From NCBI GenBank assembly GCA_963575745.1, contig CAUYUJ010000153.1:1-64000 (forward strand): a stretch of 64,000 bases of DNA. The letters are read 5' to 3'. The position numbers and the translations under genes are program-made. Shown here piece after piece: positions 27,098-38,872 of the stretch. This DNA comes from Prorocentrum cordatum. Lineage: Eukaryota. Below the pieces are notes generated by a model. That model searched no databases. It was not told the DNA's origin and saw only the letters and a program-made list of their open reading frames with translations. Numbering within the stretch: position 1 is the first letter of the stretch; every line of letters starts with the position of its first letter.

Positions 27098-28975
27098 GGC
27101 GGGCGGGCGGGCGGGCGGGCGGCGGGCGCCAGGCGCGTACGATTCCCCCCCCCCATGATCCACCCCAGGCACCCTCGCCAGGATTTTGACATCCCCTCCG
27201 GCCCGAGACCACCCCCGGACGAACATGTCATTGGGGCATAAAGTGCTCCAAAACGGGCCAAGTGGACCCCAAGAAGCCCAAGAGACGGTTCCGGAAGACC
27301 CCGAAGCGCCGAATGATCCTTCCAAGCCTGCCGCGCCGCGGCGGAACGCCATCTTCGCCCTCGCTCCCCGCCTCCGCATCCCCCTCCCCGTTTTCACCCT
27401 CCTCCTCCTTGTCGTCGCCCTCATCGCCATGCGCCCCCCACCCCTCCCCCGCCCCTTCTATCAACCCCAATGACGAAAATCGCGCCAGGGCTCACTTGTT
27501 GGAGTAAAGTGTGCCAGCCAGAAGAGGAGAGGCAAACTCAAAAGCAAAGAGATATGGGATGCACGCGCGGAGTTTGCGGGGACTTTGCCCCGATCACCGT
27601 CCTGGGAGTCATTGGACTCCGGATGCGGCAGCTAACTGTGCGGTGCAGTCCGTGTAGCGAAGGCTACGTGAAGCATTCTGCGCGCTGCAAGTGATGCAGT
27701 GCAGACTGTATGGTAGAAGCTGTGTGGTCAACCACAGTGGTGCAAACAGCGTGGTAGAATCGATGTTTGTGTGCGTGATTCATGTGTGTGTGTGTGTGTG
27801 TGTTTTTTCCCCTCCTGCTTCACTGCCGTCCGCGAGAGGGGGGGGCGGGAACTTCGGCAGGTCCCCAAGAAGACAGGTAAGAGCGGTGGGCACCCAGAGT
27901 TACTGCAGCACCAGGGACAGGGTCTCGATCGAATGGCACGCACGGCGCACGGAAGCGCTCCGCGTTCTTCCCGCACCGCACGACCGAGAGCGGGAGCTGC
28001 GCGGCGCCGAGCTGCAAAACTCGCTCGAGGAGGCCAGAAGCGCATACTGTCCGAAGTCGATGTGGACATCAGGCGTCACACAGCCGAGGGCCAACGATCC
28101 GAATGACTTTGTGAATCAAGGCGAGATTTCATTCCACAGCGGAAGCGCGTGTCAGTGACTTGCGCGTCGCTGATGACAGAGTGAGGGCGGAGCGATCGGC
28201 AGGGAAGCCAACCATGCCGCAAAAGCAGGGCCAGAGCGGCACTGTATGCCGCCAGGGCGACCAAACCACGGCGGCAAGCCTCCGCGGCAGCTACATCAAA
28301 CGGAAGATGGGCATGACATCCCCATCAATCAGAAGAGTCGGATCCCTTCCCCGAGCAGTCCACCGCCCCAGCCCCATCCGTTAGAGAAGCGGCAGCAGTG
28401 GCGGCGTCGCCCTGCCTCGGCACGGCAGGCACAGGCTCTAGGAGTTCACCAAAAGTGGGGTGCTTCCCGCGCTCGGCATTCAACAGCTTCTAAACCTACG
28501 CCGCACGGTCTGCACGTGCCTTAGCAGCACCTTTACATAACTTCTTCAGGCCACGACGATGCCCAGTGGGCAGTATCAGGAAACACGTACAAGACAGGCA
28601 AATAATGGTTCGGCCGTGCCGAGCTGGCCCGTGATTCAACTCACGAAAGACTTCAAGCCCATCTGTGCCCTGGCCATTGTCTCCCTATGGAGGCAGAGGA
28701 ACGAGAGGACCCAGGTCCACAGGAGGAGCAGAGGGGGTCCCGAGGGCCCAGGAGCTCTTCGACCAGGGCAAGGGCAGCAGAGGCAGCTTGGGACGATTCG
28801 GACCTCGAACCAAGGTTCTCAGCAAAGAACAATTTTACCAGTGGCTCTCTTTGGCGGTGCTCGCGACCACTTGTTCGCGCCCGCTGGCCAAACAAATGCC
28901 GCCAAACGAAGAAAGTCCAGGGACGGCTCGATAGGAACCCCTGACCTTCCCGCTCCCCCTGTATCTTCATCGTCG

Positions 28976-29251
<276 letters not shown>

Positions 29252-29646
29252 AGCCTTCTCCTGGTCCTACTGAGAGCCGCTTCGCTCAAAGATGACTGTC
29301 TCATGCATCCAGTGCACGGCCGCCAGCGAAGCCTCGCAACCATCGCAAACAGAATCTGAACTTCCGCCTGCTAAAATCCGCCGACCCTGTCGGTGTGTGT
29401 GAGGGGCTTCTCCGTTCGACTCGTCGTCTCCGTCCTCTCCGTTCTCCCCCTCCCAGGGCTCTCCTCCTCAAGCGCGCTATCCAAAACGAAATTAAACGAC
29501 GTCGTAGTGGAGTCGAAGGGAAGCCCCTTCCCTTTGATCCCCCGCAGGGGGGGGGGAAGGGGGAGGGGGGAGGGGGGGGGGACCCGGGGCAGATACGACG
29601 CCCGCCGGGGCGCACTTTCCTCAAGCGGGCACGCACGGGATGCACT

Positions 29647-29760
29647 TCCTCCTCCTCCTGGTCCTCCTCCTCCTCCTCCTCCTCCTCCTCCTCCTGCTCC
29701 TCTCCTCCTTTTCCCCTTCCTCCTCCTCCTCTTTTTTTTCTTATTCTTCTTCTTCTTCTT

Positions 29761-29791
<31 letters not shown>

Positions 29792-30389
29792 TTCTTATTC
29801 TTCTTATTATTATTATTCTTCTTCTTCGTCTTCTTATTATTATTATTATTATTCTTCTTCTTAGTATTATTATGTTTATTCATCCTCTTCGTCACCTTAT
29901 TATTATTCTTCTTATTCTTATTATTATCATTTTTATTATTATTAACATTATTATTATTATTCGTCTTCTTCTTCGTATGTTTCTTCTTATTCGTCTTCTT
30001 ATTATTATTATTATTCTGCTTATTCTTCTTCTTCTTCTTCTCCTTCTTCTTATTATTATTATTACTATTATTATTACTATTTTCCTTGTTATTATTCTTC
30101 TTCTTCTTGTTCTTCTTCTTCTTATGGTTATTCTTCTTATTCTGCTTCGTTTTCTTCTTCCTCCTCCTCCTCCTCCTCCTCATCCTCCTCCTCCTCCTCC
30201 TCCTCCTCTCCTTCCTCCCTCCCTTCCTTCCCTCCTCCCTTTCCCCCTCCTCCTTCTCCTCCCACCTCCTCCTCCCCCTCCCCTCCCTCCTCCTCCTCCT
30301 CCACATCATCATCATCATCATCAGCATTTCATCATTCTCATTCATCCCTACTCCTCCTACTCTCCTCCCTCCTCCATATCATCATCATC

Positions 30390-30421
<32 letters not shown>

Positions 30422-30655
30422 CACATCAACATTCATTTCATCATCATATCATCATCATCTCAAATGCAATCATCATATCAGCATCATCATCATCATCATA
30501 TCATCATCATCATCATCATATCATCATCATCATCATTTCATCATTCATTCATCATCATCATAATATCAATCATCATCATCATCATCATCCCCCTCCTCCT
30601 CCTCCCTCCTCCTCCTCCTCCTTCCTCCTCCTCCTCCTCCTCCTCCTCCTCCTCC
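29647..30655. repeat. Compound (CCT)/(TTC)/(TTA)/(TCA)n microsatellite
   Basis: Direct trinucleotide repeats. Confidence 0.95.
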
Positions 30656-31018
30656 CGCAGAGGCGTCCTGGGAGCGGGCCCCGAGTCAAAATACCCCCCC
30701 CCCCCTTAGGGCGCATTTTCCTCGAGCGGGCACGCCCGAGACGCATTTTTCCTCTTCCGGGAGCACGTCCCAAGTCAGAATATCACACTCCCGGGGCGCA
30801 CTTTCTTCGAGCGGTCACACAAAGGATGCACTTCCTCTTCCTCCTCCTCCTCCTCCACCTCCTCCTGCTCCTCCTCCTTCTCGTCCTCCTCCTCCTCCTC
30901 CTGCTCCTCCTCCCTCCTCTCCTTCCTCCTCCTCCTCCTTCTCCTCATCCTCATCCTCCCTCATCCTCCCCCTCCTCCCCCTCCTCCTCCTCCTCCTCCT
31001 CCCCCTCCTCCCTCCTCC

Positions 31019-31565
31019 GTTAAGTGAGATACGCGTGCACTCAACGGAGAGGGGGTGGGGGGAGGAGAGGAAGGAGACAGGGACGAGGGGAGGAAATTTG
31101 ACTCATGGCAGCGTGGCGACGCGCGCCTCCGCCCGGGCGTGGACCCTGACGGCCCACGCCCGGCGCGTGCGCGTGGGCCCTGACGGCCCACGCGCTCGCG
31201 CTCTGGCACGCCTGCGGCCGCGCGGCCCAGGCGTCAGGGAGCAAAGCGGGGTGGGTGGGCACCCGCGCGTCGGCCTGAGCCGAACGTTACGGACCCAAAA
31301 TGGCGACCTGAGCCCCCCCCCCCCACTTAACCTGCAGTCTACAAACCTATCAGACTATACAAGTTAAGTGAGATACGCGTGCACTCAACGGAGAGGGGGG
31401 AGGAGGAGGAGAGGAAGGAGACAGGGACGAGGGGAGGATATTTGACTCACGGCAGCGTGGCGACGCGCACCTCCGCCCGGGCGTGGACCCTGACGGCCCA
31501 CGCCCGGCGCGTGCGCGTGGGCCCTGACGGCCCACGCGCTCGCGCTCTGGCACGCCTGCGGCCGC
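31019..31565 (-). repeat. Split direct repeats at the element 3' end (B 31363-31565, A 31222-31362, B 31019-31221)
   Basis: Two ~203 bp near-identical copies starting GTTAAGTGAGATACGCGTGCAC, separated by ~141 bp unique sequence. Confidence 0.88.
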
Positions 31566-31985
31566 ACAGCCACGAGAAAGAAAGAGCGCAGCAGCGCGCG
31601 CGGGAACGCCCAGCCAGAGGCACGAGGGCGGAACCCGAGGCCCGGCGAGCCTCGCGCGCGCGGCCACTAGCCTGCACCCTTGAGGCCTTCCGCGCCCCGC
31701 GCGCCCAGAGCGCGGGCGCGGCGCGTGCGCGAAGCGCGTAAAGTAAAGAAAGAGAGAACGAAGCGGCGCGATGACGCGCCGGGCGCAGAGCGCAAGTGGG
31801 GCCCCGCCCGCGCGGGGCGCAGGAAGAAGGGGGCCGAGTGGCAACGCGACGTGCGTGCCACGCCCAAAACTCAACCTCTCACTCACGGGCCTGGCACCGC
31901 GTGGCGGTCCGCCACACAGCGGTCCGCTGCCTGCCGCCCGCAGCCGCGGCACCGCGGGCGCTGGCCTGTGGGGTGGGTGCCACGC

Positions 31986-34502
31986 CTAAATGGCTGGCGT
32001 GTCCCCCTGGCGGCCACGGCCCTCGTCGCCGCTGCGGTTCCCGTCGCGACCGCTGCGGCTGCGGGGGCTGCCTCCATCGCCGCCCCTCTCGCGGCGGCCT
32101 GCGCTGCCCGAGGCGCGGCTGCCCGCACCGCCCCTGGCGCGCTCGCTCGGGGCGCGGCTGCCCTGGTCGCCCTTGGGGTAGCCGCCCTTGCCGCCCTTGT
32201 TGCCCTTGCCGCGGCCCTTGGCGCCCTTGGCAGTCGTGCCGGCGCGCCTGCCCTTGCACTCGGCGCCCTTGCCGCTCTTATCGCCCGAGCCCTTGCCGCG
32301 CCAGGCTGGGGCCCCCCCCCCGCCGGCGGCGGCCTCGGCTGCGGCAGCCGCAGCGCGCCTCCTCTTCTTCTCCTGCTCGTACCAGCCGCCTCGGGGAGCG
32401 CGAAGCTGCCCGGCGCGCTTCCCGGTCTTACGCCGCGTGCGGCCGGGGGGGGCATCGCCGCGGCGCGCCCACGCTGGGCCCCTCGCCAGGCTCACGCTGG
32501 GCGACCTCTCGCGCTTGGGCCAGCTGAGGTCGCCCGGCGGGCGGCCCCCTCGGCGCCCGCGCTCGCCGCCCCCGCGCTGGGGAGCCCCCCGCGGCCGGAG
32601 CTGGGGCCCGGCGCCTCCCGCTCGGCGTGGTCGCTCTGCCGGGCCTTCTCCACCAGCGTCTTGGGCTTGCGTGGCCGACGCGGCAGGCCTCGCAGTAGCT
32701 CACGTCGCACCCCTCGCAGTGCCACCGCAGGGCTCCGCTGTTAGCTCCGCCCGCGGGGCGCAGCTACAGCCCCACCCGTCGCCCGGGTCGAAGGAGCTCC
32801 AGCGCATCCTACGGGCGCACGTCGGGCAGGCAGGCGGCTGGGCGGTCGGGCCGCCCCCCCCGTCGCTGCCTGGGTCCGGGCCATGCGGCCGGCTCGCCCG
32901 CTCCGCGACCACCGTGCATGGGTCCGTCTTGTAGAACCTGCACCCCGACCGCATGCATTCCCGCGCGCGCTGCATCCGCGCGGCGCTGGAACTCCACGAG
33001 CACGCAGGGCTCCCTCTTGTGGCGGTGGTCGCACAGGAAGGCGATGTGCTTGACGACTCCGAAGGGGCCACCACCTGCCTGACCACCTCGGCGCCGACCT
33101 CGTGCGGCACCCGCTCGATGCGGATGATGGCCTCGCCCTCGTCGTGCTGGTTACTGGGCTGCTGCTGGGCGCTCGGGCGCTGCTCCTCCTTGCGCCCGCG
33201 GCGGCTCCTCGAGCGCGGCCGGCGCTGGGGCGGACTGCCCCGCGAGCCTGGGGCCGCCGGCTCCTCCACCTCCGTCTTCGCGTCGATGGCCCTCGGTGGA
33301 GCGCCCCCGCTCTTAGGCTTCAGGACGGCCTCCTTCTTCACGACGACGGCCCTCGGTGGAGCGCCCCCAGTCTTGGGCTTCAGGGCGGCCTCCTCTGCGC
33401 GCGTCCGATCGCGCGGGCGCGAGCGCGGGCGCGCCTCGCGCTCGCGGTCGCGGCGCGGGGTGCGCGAGGGGGTCCGGAGGACCCGCTCGCGCCTGCGAAC
33501 CTCCTCGGCGAGGCGCCTCTGCTCCGGGGAGCGTGGGGTGCGAGGGCGCTCCGCCGGGGCGCCCTTGCTCCGGCGCCGCGCTGCAGCCTGGATGGCCGCT
33601 CGCGCCAACGCAGCGGCCACGTCGTCCTCGCCCGTGTCGACCACGGGTGCCGGCGCAGGGCCCGCGTCGCCCCTGCTCGAGGCGTCCTCCACGTCGGTGA
33701 GCCCGCCGACCGCCTCCGCGTCGACCGTGCGCATCATGTCGAGCAGCCCCTTGTTGTTCTTGCAGTGCTCGCGGAGCCCCGGCATGGGCTGCCCCTGGAA
33801 CTGAGCCAGGGCGAGCGCCAGCTTGGCCGCCTGGCGCTGGACCTTGACGTTCGGCCCCGAGCCCACTCCCCAGGCGCCGTGCTTGCCGTCGACGAGCACC
33901 AGCAGGGCGTGGTCCTCGCTCGCCCCCGCGACCAGGCAGGCCGCTGCGATGCAAGGGGCGGCCTCGTGGTCGCGGTTGACCACCTCGACGATGTCCTCGC
34001 TGTCCAGCTCGTCCACCACCGTGTACAGGATGTTGCGGGCGGCACTCCGGAGCTCGTCCGACAGCGCGGGCCCCGAGACGACGAGGCCGAGCGGGTTCAC
34101 CGCCATGATGCTGTAGTCGTGGCGCCGCGCCTGGCTGTGGTCAGGAGCCACTAAGCCCACCAGGGACCCCATGAGCCCGAGCGGGCGCGGGCGCGCTTCT
34201 GGCGCGCGGGGCGGATGCGCGGCCAGCTCGCGGGGCCGGGGCGCGCGCGCTGCTGGCGCGCCTCGCCCTGGAGTCGGAGACGGCTGCGGATGAGAGGACC
34301 AGGGGGAGGTGGGCGTGCCTGGGGCAGTCGAGGGCGGAGGCGACGGGGGGTTCGAGGACGAGAGGTCCACCGGGATGCCCCCGCAGCGCGAAGCCCCCGC
34401 CCCGAACCGATCACCTGGAAGACCAGCTTGCTGCATCCCACTACGCCCGCTAGCTCCCCGCCCCGGCTCGTGTCTCACTTGCTCCTCATCCTCCTCCCCC
34501 AT
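31986..34502 (-). CDS. Extra ORF downstream of YR: dsRBD-like motif, RS/R-rich region, Cys-rich motif, KG/GKG-rich tail (frameshifted)
   Basis: HGAWGVGSGPNVKVQRQAAKLALALA; RSRSRRGR; CPTCARRM...GWGCSC; KGAKGRGKGNKGGKGG (ORFs 32700..35510 and 31986..32495). Confidence 0.5.
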
Positions 34503-34699
34503 TTTTGCCCCCGCTCTCGCCGACGGGCGTGTCCGCGGAGGTCGCCCGGGCGCCCAGGCCAGGCGCTCCGAGGGCCTCAGGTCGCTCCCGAAAAGGGCCT
34601 GACCGCCTCCGACCGGACGGTCGGGGCGGGTACCAGCCAACTCGCCATCACCTCCGTGGGCGTCCGGTGCCAATAGGGCGCGCCCCTCCGCCATGCCTC

Positions 34700-35700
34700 G
34701 GGCGAACGGTGCCTGGCGCCGGTGGTCCTCCCAGAGGTATCCGTGGAAGGCGCCCGTGGACCACCTCCCAAACCTCTTGACCGCCTCTAGATCGCGACAG
34801 GCGTGGTATAACGCCGTCGCGCCTCCGATGCGCAGGGAGTGGGGCCCCATCTGGCCCGCGTCCACGCCACAGGCTGCGGCCGCGAGCTGGAGGAGCCCCT
34901 GCACCTGCCCCCGCATAATCGGGTGGCCATCGGGCCTACGGAACAGGGGGAGCTCCGCCTCGGTCCCTTGACCGAACCGGCCCGGCAGCTCCCTCTGGAG
35001 CCCGGCCAGCGCGCCCACGACGCACAAGTCCACCACCGAACGGAAATGGCTGCGCACGCAGCCCGCGTTAAACTGGTCCGTCTTGGACGAGGTGATCGTC
35101 AGCACTACCTCGTCGCAGTCGCCGAGCCAAGCGCTGGGGGTACCCCCGCGCAGGCCCTGCACGCCCTGCCCACGCACCGCCCGCCCCATGCTCCAGGAGC
35201 GGTCCTCTTGGACCAAGTACTCCGACGCACGGAGCATGAAGAAGTACCCGGTCATGAGCGCCGCCCATAGCACGGTCGCCTCTCGGCGGGTGGCCGTCCC
35301 ATGGGCGAACAAATATTCGCGGAGCCACCGCAACATGCGGGGGGTGGCTTGCAGCTTCCGCATTGCCCTTCCGCCCCAGCGGCGGAGTCCCTCGATCGTG
35401 GTCCAGAGCCGCCACCGGTCCGAGGTCACGTCGCCGAAACCCGCCAGGGTGTGGGCGTAGCGACTGGCGAACAGGCGCTGGCGGATGGTCGTGGCCCGCC
35501 TCTTCATCACCTTGTATACAGGTACACGACATATCGGATGAGGTCGTCCTCGTCCGCGAGGCGCCCCGCGTCTCCCCCTGGAGGTGCGGGCTGCGCCCTC
35601 GGAGCCTCCGCCAGAGTACCCAATTGCGCCACCCGGCGCTGTAGTTGGCGCGCGTCCCCTCGGCGAGCTTAGCCAGCATCGCCTCGGTGGCGGTCGCGTC
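34700..35700 (-). CDS. Tyrosine recombinase (phage integrase family) of the DIRS element
   Basis: N-terminal LAEGTRANYSAGWRNW; catalytic R (FFMLRASEY), K (SSKTDQ), HxxR (PHSLRIGGAT), GRW, Y (FHGYLW); frameshift near 35550. Confidence 0.93.
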
Positions 35701-36189
35701 TAGCTTGCGGGGGTCGGCAAGCTCACCTCGGACCCCCTTCGGGGCGCCTCCACCGGCGCAACGCCACGCCGCGGGCTTCACCAACGCCGGGGCAGGGGCA
35801 CTCCGGGCGCGCCGGCGCGCCTTGCGCGGTGGGCGCGTCCCGCCTCCTGCTTCATCCTTGGCTCTCGGCCTGGGCGTCCCCGAGTCCTCCAGGGCTGGGC
35901 GCCCTGTCCTCGCTCCCCGGGCGCCCTGTCCTCCCCCGCCGGGGTGGCCCGAGCGGTGGCAGGAGGGTCGAGCTGATCCGCCAGTTGAGCGGCGTCGTCC
36001 GTCGCCTTCCCCGCCTCCAGCGCGACCCTGAATGGCCCGCTTGGGCGGTCGGGGATCTGAAGCCAGGCCCTCAGCCACAACTTTACCATCTCGTCGTTCG
36101 CAGGTCGGTCGTAGTCGGGCCCGACGCCGGCGCGCGCCCCGGGCGCCTCGTCTGCGCTCGCCACCTCTACGGCCTGCCTCAGCATCCGC

Positions 36190-37110
36190 TCCGCCCACTG
36201 AATCACCCAACGCGCCGTGCGGCGCGGCAGGGCGCGGGCGGCCAGTCGCATGCGCTCCGCGATCGGCATGCCTCCCAGGCCCAGGGCATCCCACAGCTCC
36301 GCCGCGCCCCCCTGCGCGCACCAGATTTCCTTCGGGTGCAGGGCCCGCGCGGTCCAGCCCGCCTCCGGCCCCTCAAGGACCAAGGTATTCGCATAGCCCT
36401 TCAACGGGTCGGGCTTCGCCCGAGCCGTGTGGCAAGGCCCGCGCGGGTCATGGACCACCGCGCGCTGGGCCCGCCCACCCCCCGTCGGCTGCCATGTGCC
36501 GCGCGGCCAGGGCATCATGCGATCCCCATTCGTCGAGATCCGGGGGTCCACGGGCAGTGTTCCCTCGCTAAGGTTCAGGCGGAGCTCGTCCAGCGTCGGC
36601 CGGCCCGCCTCTCTCCAGAGCTGGCAGAGGCCGCGCGGCTCCAAGCAGGGCTGGCCCAGGGGGGGGTGGGACCCGGAACCCGGGCCCGCTCCCCACATCC
36701 CCAAACCTGGACCGCCCGCGCGCGCGCCGTGACATCGCCTAAGTGCGTGCATAGGAGACGCGTCTCGGGGGACAGGGCCACATAGCCAAGGCGCCGCAAG
36801 CGAGCACCCAGCCGCGCTGCAGCGTACTTGACAGGGATGTCGAGTAGCACGCCCAGCGGCCGGACTGCAGTCAGCAGGCGCTCGAGGCCAGCTGCCTCGC
36901 GTCCGCCGGGGTCCTCCGACAGTGACGCGCACGCCCAGCGAACTGGCGGGGCCCCCGCGGAATCCTTGTGCTGGTGGCCGCCGTCCGGCTCCCATCGGTC
37001 ACCGGCGTCCCAGGGTGTCAGCTGTGCCGACCCGCCGAGGCTCTCCCAGGCCTCCCCGAAGGGGGGCCACGCGGTTCCTACCTCCACCAGCCGCGCCCCG
37101 TCGACCTGCA
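36190..37110 (-). pseudogene. Degenerate C5-cytosine methyltransferase-like domain within the DIRS pol region
   Basis: LRRLGY...LLCTHLGDVTARARAVQVW (motif VIII-like); RALHPKEIWCAQGG (IX-like); RLAARALPRRTA (X-like); no PC or ENV visible. Confidence 0.6.
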
Positions 37111-37199
37111 AGGGCGCGTAGCGTGGCAGGGCCTCCCGGGCCCCCTTGACTTGGAGCGCGGCCGCGCGCCGGGGGCCGTCGCCCCCCGGCATCCGCAGC

Positions 37200-38404
37200 T
37201 CGCGCTGGGCGGCCTCCTGCACCAGCTCGCCCCACGGGGCTGCCGGTGAGAGCTCGGGCCAGCCCGCCTCTGCCATCCGCTGGCGTACCTCCGCCACCGT
37301 GGCTCGAGTCACGAAGTCGGCCAACTCGTTGTGGCAAGTTCGCAAGTAGAGTCCGCCCACAACCCGGAACTTGCACCGTAGCTCCAGCATGGCCAGGACG
37401 CGGAGCAGGCGGCGTGCCACCGCGTTCCGTGCACGGCGGCGTCGCAGCCAGCGACTGACATTACTGTTGTCCGTGACGCACGGCAGGAGAAGCTGGAACC
37501 AATCCGGCCCTTTCTCCGCCGCGAGGGCTATCAGGCAGAGGAGCTCGACCACCGCGATGATCTCCCCCTCTCCCTGCCATGTGACCCCAGGGGCGGAGCG
37601 GAGCGTCTCCAGGTAGGGAGGCGCCTCCGCCACGATATATTCGCGCGAGGTCCAATCCAGTGCGCCGATCCGGTCCAGGGCGGCGTCGCCTCCCAGCCAG
37701 CGTAGCCTCCCGAGCGCCCCTGGGAGGGCGAGGGCCTCGCGAAGGCCTAGCAGACCTTCGAATGAGGTCTCGAAGTTACCTTCGACAGGCATCTCGAAGC
37801 AGGCGCGCAGCCAGTCCAAGGTCAGATGCCAATCATCCCACGCAGCCTCCACCTGCTCAGGGTCGCCCGGCGGCTGGACGCAAGCCTGGCCTGGGTCCCC
37901 CGACAGCATCCGATGAAAAGCTGGGAGCTCCAGGCTCAACGCGGGTGCTGCGCAAGTGCAGAACTGGCCAAGCCCACTTAGCTCCCTCGCGGTTCGCAGC
38001 CGAACCATGCGGCAGCCGAAGCCCAGCTCCGGCTCGGCCAAGAGGAAGCGCATCTTCGTGGCCTTGGGCCCCGGGGGCCCCACCCGCTCGCGCTCGAAGT
38101 CCATGCTGAGCCCCCAGATGATCTGAGTAGTAGGATGCTCCCCCTCGGCATCCCGTTTGCTGACGTTCACCGCCTCGGGCCCGAATACCTCCCGGATGGA
38201 GGCGTCCAGTGCGTCGCAGGCCATCCACGGCTGGACCCCGACGTCGGGCTCCACCGCCACCGGGTCGCCCACAGGCCACTCCGAGTGGAAGTGGGCAGCA
38301 TCGTGCCAGTGCGGCTCGCCAGGCCGATAACTCTCGTGGAGCTCGCGGGCCGCCAGGGCGAGCATCATGTAGTTGCCCGGGGCGCTGGTCCACCCGAACA
38401 CCAT
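37200..38404 (-). CDS. Reverse transcriptase (C-terminal part) and RNase H of the DIRS element
   Basis: MVFGWTSAPG; WPVGD (degenerate YxDD); IIWGL; RNase H GGDA, VVELL, TDNSNV, RTCHNELADFVTR. Confidence 0.88.
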
Positions 38405-38787
38405 GGCTACCTAAAGGATCGGCGTGGTTAATAAGTGTTACCGTGAGTTATAACCATGGTATAACTATGTTATAAGTCTGTTATAAGTAAGTATAATCTG
38501 ATATAACTAGATTTTGAACTTACTAACTTCGCTAACTTGGTCCCTCTATTTAAGCATAGTTCCGCGGAATTAGAAAAGTTAGCTAGCTAACTTTGAACAT
38601 ATGTTGGAAAAAAACGATGACGTGTAGGCTGGTTTCCCTGGTGTTTAGGCTTTTGTTTTCAATGTTGCTATTCGTTTTTTCGGCATGGCGTTGCTAGAAT
38701 GTTGCCTGACTCCCCCCATGCGAGTGCGATCGGTGCAATTCATTCGCGAATTTCGAAGGGTGCTATTGCAAGATTGCAATGTTCATT

Positions 38788-38821
<34 letters not shown>

Positions 38822-38824
38822 TGC

Positions 38825-38847
38825 ACCGTATAGGCCTTTGGCTCAAC
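38825..38847 (+). other. DinoSL-like relic
   Basis: ACCGTAtagGCCTTTGGCTCAAc, 25 nt before ATG at 38873. Confidence 0.65.
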
Positions 38848-38872
38848 AGAGGTGGTTTCCGCGCGAGGCGTC

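Larger units (their letters stand above)
31019..38410 (-). mobile_element. DIRS-order (PAT/Ngaro-like) tyrosine recombinase retrotransposon, 5'-truncated, frameshifted
   Basis: RT-RNase H, then MTase-like domain, then YR on the minus strand; 3' split direct repeats. Confidence 0.9.

Noticed and set aside
27470..28960. Possible decayed gene
   Set aside because: No consistent frame or domain identifiable by eye
29371..31023. Hydrophobic poly-L/F/I membrane-protein-like ORFs
   Set aside because: Derived from (TTC)/(TTA)/(TCA)n repeats
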